Source: Fimbriosthenelais zetlandica
Taxonomy: Eukaryota
Assembly: GCA_977030845.1 (NCBI GenBank)
Contig: OZ365115.1
Location: 29,326,001 to 29,390,000 of the forward strand
DNA length: 64,000 nt
Reading direction: 5' to 3'
Numbering within the stretch: the stretch's first letter is position 1; every line of letters begins with the position of its first letter. Under the pieces are notes generated by a model. The model was not told where the DNA came from and made no database searches. It saw only the letters and a program-made list of their open reading frames with translations. Shown piece by piece: positions 57,501-64,000 of the stretch. A program made the translations under genes and the position numbers.

Positions 57501-60500
57501 ATCTAAATAACAATCCCACAGCACTGCAAAAAACACAACAAAACATCGGATAACAATTGGCTCAGCTTAGCTCATACGTCAAACATAAAGCATACCTTTG
57601 GTAATTGCATTACTATGGAAACGAAATATATGAAGAGCATTTGGGTCGTAAATTTAATGTCAAACATGCATTAATATTAATGGCGGGAATTGCACACTTT
57701 CGACAAGAACATGCATGCATTTTACATATTTTTCAGACATTAGTCACGCTACTGTGAATACACTGCATTGATCCCCTATATGCTATATAGCGCGTTCAAT
57801 TGAATACAGTAGTTTATGAATTATTTTCTCATGTATAAACATGATGTATTATGAAAATATTATGAGCGTTACTGCATAGAAAAAAAGAAAAGAACATTGG
57901 TAATGTTTAGAACTTTTGAGCCATAGGCTCGACCACTGTTCTGTATGCCTTTTTGCATACCAAATTTCTAGCCAAAAAAGAGCCATTTTAGTCAAGTCCT
58001 TCACATAGTGGCTGAATTGGAGTTTTTAATTAACAAATAGACGAAAATCGATTGGTCTACAATTGAGATAATGTCCTACACGTAGTGAACTGCCAAATGA
58101 GGCTGAAATTAATTATTAAATCATATCATATTTCATGTGATCTGAGTCAACTGGTTAATATTTTATCGTTGATCCACTTTCAAAGACGCACGTCTGCCTT
58201 CATAATAGCTATCACTCAACCGTGAATTTCACTTGCATATATTTGTCATGAATGATCAGGGCCACATTAATGATTTAATAACGTAATTCCCATATTGGTG
58301 TCAGTCCTATATGAAGACGTGTATTTAAAGTTCTGAAAGATACTCTCAGTTTTAATACCGTTAAAGTATGTCAGAGTATGTTTGTACATTTTTGTGCTGT
58401 ATATCTTTCGAGGACAGTGCAGTGGGCATGATAAGTTGTTTATACTTTATAAAAATTATGTCTTATAAAAGTTATGTCTTCATGGGATGCTAGCATTAAA
58501 ATATTGGAGATGTGCCAATATAATCTCATGAATTAAGTACTTTGTCGTGTGTGTTTGCCAAAGTTCACCTTGAAAAGTCCAGGAAAGATTTCGAATGCTT
58601 TCAGTTGGCTTTTCAGGATTGTTAATGTGTTAATTTGGTGACAGATTGAAATCAAGTGTTAAGAATCAACTCTGCCCTCTGTAGGCTACAAGACCACATG
58701 TTGAACACGTCAACATTAGATGTTGAACACATCAACATTAGGCTAATAATGTCAAAAATAAAATTAATAGCCCCCATACTGTGATAAGACAGAATATCGG
58801 TCACTGTCTGCAGACTACCGATACATGTATTATATAAATATCATCGCCATCTGAGACTTTGATGCAAAGTGCTGAACTAAAGCTTAAAGAACAGGTAAGA
58901 CGGCCTTCTTTAGCTTCACCTGCTGATATGTGTTATCACGCAATGAACAGGTAAGCAATGGTGTAAGCTTTACTTATACTAACTGCTTGTGTTACTTGGC
59001 AATCATTCCTCAATATGTCACAGTTCCATATCTGGAAATGATTCAGCATCTCTAAATATTTGCTTATTTTAATTAGCAAATATTAGCAATAATATTAAAA
59101 AACATTACGCACAGACTATAGGAAGAGGAAACAAAGATATTAGGACAGACAATATCTAGACTACCACACTGTGTTACCTATTTGCTGGCTTGTAAATGAA
59201 GCTTTAGTACTTGGTCTTAGGGTTAGACTGCTGGTCGTTGAGCCTTCAGTACTTGATTCTTTCTTCAGTCTACCCTGACCTTTTGAAGTATCTGGGGTAT
59301 AATGGTTTGTTGTGCTTTCCTCTTCTGATCGATAAGTCAGAGTAGTTGATAATTTGTCTGTATTTAAATGAAAAGGAAATGTTGTTTCAATGTTCCTTGC
59401 TCCTGTGGGGTGTGTATCAGAAGTGAACTGTTCCGCTTCACTTCCGGTTTCTTCAGCCGAAATATGTTGTCCTTCAGAAATCGACGTTTGGGCAATACCT
59501 ACCGTGGTAGTCTGAACATGTTGCATTGTACTCTCAGTATAATATCCAGAAATAGGATCAGGTGAACTGTTAACCCTTACTTTACCTGTATTACCTGTTT
59601 CAAACACACTAGAAAAATTTAACTCACTTGTTGGCCGTGCAGTGTTAACCCAAGTGGAACTTGAGGTTGTTGTCACATTTATGTGTGTAGTTTCAGGTAA
59701 TGAACCTGGAAAAGATGTCTCATTTTTACTTTCATTATTAGCAGTAATGAGACTTTCAGTTGTCATAGGATGTTCAGTGGTTGAGTCAAGCATTTCAGAG
59801 GTTACAGATCCAGTGGTGACAGCACCACCGGTGGCCCTAGTAGTGACAGCACCGGTGGCCCCAGTGCTCACAGTTGTGGTGACATCAGTGCTCGAGTTTG
59901 CCGTCACATTATGCATGTGTGTCAGAGAAGATGAAGAAGCAATTTCAGTATTTTGTGTGTGATCTGAAAATCTCAAATCTGTGGTAGAATCAACACTCTC
60001 ACTCGAAGAAGGCACACCAAAAGTGGAAAGAGATGAAAGTTCATGCTCTTGTGAATCAGAAAAATTATTGCGAAGCCTCACATCATCTGCAAGGGTAGAT
60101 CCAGAGTCTGAGGTGACGTAGAAGGTGCTTGTGACAGAAGAAGCTTGCCTTGTGCTGGAGTCCATGTTAATTCGGTGGTCAAGTGATTTAAAGTCTTTCT
60201 CACTCGTACCGGGGCTTCTTACGCCATATTCTAGGTCCTCACCAAGGTCTGACCCAGATATGGTAGAGCTATCAGAAGGCCAAGGTGATTGAGTTACCTT
60301 GGAGGCTGACTGACCAGCTTCCTGTGAGCTGGCTGCAGCCTTAGTAGGTTCTGACCTTGGTAGGGACTCCATTGCATGATAGTGCTTTGTAGTTGTTAAC
60401 AGCTTTGATGCACCTATATTGCTTTCACTGACATCAGACCCAGGTATTAAGGGACTGTCTATTTTCATTCGACCCATATTTAAGCTGCTAGAACTAGTGG

Positions 60501-62237
60501 CACTATAAGGAATATCACCTCCTAACTTAGCTAACAAAGCAGCTTTACTTTCTTTTGTTATTTTATAATCACGCGAAGGACTTTCATGATCATCGACAAT
60601 GCGCCAGGAATGATCAATCAATGAATACTGAGAATCAACTATATTAAAATCATCCAAAGTCATGCTGGGGATTTTCAGTTGGGGAAGGTCCAACTGTTTG
60701 AAGCCTGTGCTTGTGGAGGAAGCACCAGTATTTAAGCGAGTATCAGGGTTCAAGCGTCTAGAAGAAGGAGCAGTGTTAGGAAGAGGAAGAGAAGATGAAG
60801 ATGCTAGGAGAGAAATGATTGAACTAGAGCTAACAAGGCTACCTGTAGTACTGGAGAATACAGACGATCCTGGCCTCGTCCGAGGCAGTGGTGGATCCAG
60901 CGGTGGGAGATTGTCATAGTTAATGACAGGATAAAGTGGAACATCATGAGGTTTGCCCTGGCCCGGTGCTGGCCAGGTTGTCGGTGGGTGTAGTGGTTGA
61001 TCAGCCGGACCAGTAGGTAGTTGTGGCTGTTCAGATGCCGGCAGATCAGCCGGAGGTGGCCTGCTGGACGGTTGCTGGACCGGAGGATCGTTGGTTGGAG
61101 CACGACTGGTTGACCCTATGGTAGGGTCGTGGATGCAATGGATGACCAGTGAGTTGTTGTAGCAGGATGGACCATCTGGTTCATGACGATGGACAATCCA
61201 CCAGGAATGCCCCTCACACTGGCTCAGACATCTTTCCTGGCCTGAAGATGATACAAAAAAAGGATATTATTTTCATTGCTGCAAAGTTATCCTGCCATTT
61301 CGATACATTTCTTGCAGATCATGAACTCTCATATGTGCTGGGCATATATGGATTAAAGGTGGCCCATTTATAAAACTATAGTATGTGGTAAACCGTCTAA
61401 ATTGAACCAACCTCCAATGGCTAGGAGACCCTGTCACCCACGACACACTCAGCCCACCCAGCTTCACCACTACAAACCTTTATGCCTCAGCACCATCATG
61501 CCCTAGAGGCTGAAGTTGCCCTCTGTGCCTATTGAGTTTCTATTGTCACTTACCTCGACACGAAGCCTCTGTTTTGTAGATATTATCATTGAGATAGACT
61601 CCGTGATATGGCTCTCCTGGCACTATGCCAGCATGGTGGTCATACCCTAACCGTCTACAGATGTGATTAGCTATGTTCGTGGACATAGAAACCAAGCAGA
61701 CCCTGTATAACCGTCCATCCCTCTTGATCATGACATGACCAAGGCCCATACTGGTGGTAGAGATGAGTCTGAGCTCACCATCCTGAGGACAACAACCTGC
61801 AAACAGAAAACACTTGATCATTTGGGAGTCCCCTACAATAATGGCTGAAGCTATTTTGAAGACGTGGCTGTAATCCTTCATGTCATATTAGCACGATTCG
61901 ATTTAATTGAGACTCAAAACAATGGTAGCTCCACTGGGATTCTCTTGCATTGCGAGTGTGGCGATTTTGTTGCGGATATGCCTTGTGGCTGACTTTTCCA
62001 TGGCCTCATCTGACACTCCAATCACAAACAGGCGTCCATCTCAAGCCCCTGCTAGTGCTGTTATAGGCATATACTTGCGGCAAAATTAAGAAGTTGGAAG
62101 TAAAATGATCTGATATTAGGCCTACCTCTGGATGGAATCCGGCAGCCTTGGTCCAGGCCCTCAATGGTTGAGAACTGGAGAGCAATGATGACAAGTATGG
62201 CTGCTGACCCCACTCCTGCTTGACGAAGTGAAGACAT
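54550..62237 (-). CDS. Putative type I receptor with cytoplasmic U-box: signal peptide-SRCR-Pro/Ser/Thr mucin stalk-CUB-TM-U-box, about 1382 aa
   Basis: 10 phase-consistent exons: 62237-62126 (signal peptide), 61796-61554 and the start of 61241-59178 (SRCR: ELRL..VC..ICRRLGY..SCRGQERCLSQC..SC..VIHC, then the stalk), 57377-57228, 57086-56997 and 56592-56461 (CUB: GEVRSPGYPSSY..CNWTLQVPTGQNVQLTI..DVLLIY..FLLNYRA), 56292-56163 (TM WVIYIILLIIIIVIFITILLCWF-KHKK), 56033-55934, 55809-55653, 55520-54550 (U-box PMEFLCPITKDVMRQPV..SDGRSYERKAI.EW..SPTTGE). Total 4149 nt with no internal stop. Confidence 0.8.
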
Positions 62238-62981
62238 CCTCCTCAACTGATCTTAAGTTTGATTGCCATCAGTTGTACTCTGGTCCCTGAAAAAGCAACA
62301 GATTACCTTTTGGTAAGACATTTGGAGCTACAAGTTGACATATACCCCAAATTTTAACTATACTGCCCTGGGTTTTAATCCTGGTTACACGTTCTGAACG
62401 TTTAGGAACCTGATGGTTTCGTCTTATATCTAAGAAACTCAAATGGGTTAGATTCTAATGACCAACGGTTTTGCATTTACTAGGGTAATTTACAGGAAAC
62501 TGCTTATTAATTCCAGATCATGTAGATCATGTGTCAGAACAGAAGGACAGTCCCACCTAACAACACAAAAACACAAAAAAATCTATAGCTTCTGACAACC
62601 CCTTATTATATTTTTTACATTATGCCCTTTCAGTGATATTTATCTGCCAAATTATCTCCAGAAGCGTTGACGTGGATGTGTCTCATGTCGGGTACACTTG
62701 CCGGTTGCAGGTGTAAATAATATATTCATATACCAAGGATCGGTCATGAACATATAAATCCTGTTAATCGAGTGTGTGCCCTGTGTGTGACAATGGATTT
62801 TAACATTAAAGAAGGACAAATCAATATAGCCTGATTGATAATCAATGAGAGGTGATTGTATTAGCCCTCTCACTATAGGGCCTATGGCACTTCCTCTGCT
62901 TATTGATTATTGATTGGTTATTGAGCTGCACGTCCCCTCACTCCGTGACATGTTGTTATATTAACATATTTATAAAGATTT

Positions 62982-63128
62982 GTGACTCGGGTAACCATGG
63001 TGCTTCAACATAATACACACTAACCCCACTCATCCATCATTTACGTGGAGAGATTCACTCGACAATAAAGTGTTTAAATCATGTAATGCTCTCCAAAATC
63101 GATGGAACAATTTGGTTACCATGGTAAA
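62982..63128. promoter_or_regulatory. Two RFX X-box-like motifs upstream of the U-box receptor gene
   Basis: GTTACCATGGTAAA at 63115-63128 (13/14 to the palindrome GTTACCATGGTAAC) and GTGACTCGGGTAAC at 62982-62995. A candidate 5'UTR donor lies near 62872 and a CCAAT-type box near 62915. Confidence 0.35.
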
Positions 63129-64000
63129 GATTGTTATGAATTAGTTGGAAGGATGTCGTGATTGATGGGGCAATAATTGCGTGGTAAATATTGAGAGAAA
63201 AAATACATGTACAACAAATACAATATTCAGTGTATGTCACTGTCATATAGGTCAAACTTTGAAATATTTCTTTTTATTATTGGCCTATAATTTTTCCTTA
63301 TTTTCAAATAATATAAAAGTATCTATGGCCTATAAAATATAGAAATGACATATATACTTGGCAGGAAAGAGTAACCCAGCCAAGTCTTTATAAAGAGGGT
63401 GAGAAAATACTATGATTGCGAAAAATAGGGCAGATATGAAGAGTTGACGAGGAGAAGCATAATTATTATTTTTGCTCTTCTTCCAAATGAAACATATTCT
63501 TTGGTAAGAATGTTGTTTCGTTCTCTCTTAAACTCTTGATTTGAAGGAAATCCTTAGCACACCTGAACAAAATTTGTCACTTGCAGCTGAGGACGGAAAT
63601 GTGACAATAATACCCTCATTAGCATCCTAACAAGTAGAGAGATTACGTTAATTCTACTCCCTCAGGAGCTACATGATCTCTGCCTGTGTTGAACAAATAT
63701 CAGTGTTCATTACACAGGTACTTTTTTGTGTTTGGTTCTCAGAGAATGTTTCATAGATTAACTAAATGTGTTTGGATATATTAAACCAGAAAGTCAAAAA
63801 CTACCCAAAACGAGAATTATTGACAACAGATATATAAGTATCTTATATGATTATATTTTCATAAATGCTAGCATCCTTTGACCATGTATTATTATAGCGT
63901 CTAACATATGTAGCTATCATTTGGCATCCTTCCTATTATTGGAACATGGTCGCAATCATTATATATTAATTCCTTCCAATATACATCCTGACATCCAGTC

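Noticed and set aside
62006-62075. SRCR-like snippet VYAYNSTSRGLRWTPVCDW in the first coding intron of the receptor gene
   Set aside because: Ends in a stop, would need a ~50-nt intron and a weak donor; chance or a decayed duplicate.

Overview
Gene-dense, AT-rich, intron-containing eukaryotic DNA, most likely from an invertebrate animal; the species cannot be told from the sequence. I hand-spliced six genes using GT-AG junctions and reading-frame phase, and found one intronless gene. (1) A type I membrane protein with 10 sushi/CCP domains (+, 1744-12004). (2) The class I PI3K catalytic subunit PIK3CA (-, 16422-23817). (3) The mitochondrial ABC half-transporter ABCB8 (+, 29905-41550), whose introns hold a Penelope-like retroelement with an open RT/GIY-YIG frame and (4) an antisense intronless atypical GPCR. 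(5) An ankyrin-repeat gene (-, 42214-47069). (6) A gene with an RRM-like core and an acidic tail (-, 49924-52520). (7) A 10-exon gene (-, 54550-62237) that the ORF track shows only as fragments but which splices in frame into signal peptide-SRCR-mucin stalk-CUB-transmembrane helix-cytoplasmic U-box. Gene 7 is the best novelty candidate: a putative cell-surface receptor carrying its own U-box E3 ligase domain. Several MITEs with TIRs/TSDs, SINE-like relics and microsatellites are present. I saw no rRNA, tRNA gene or CRISPR array. All models are manual and were not checked against transcripts or databases.
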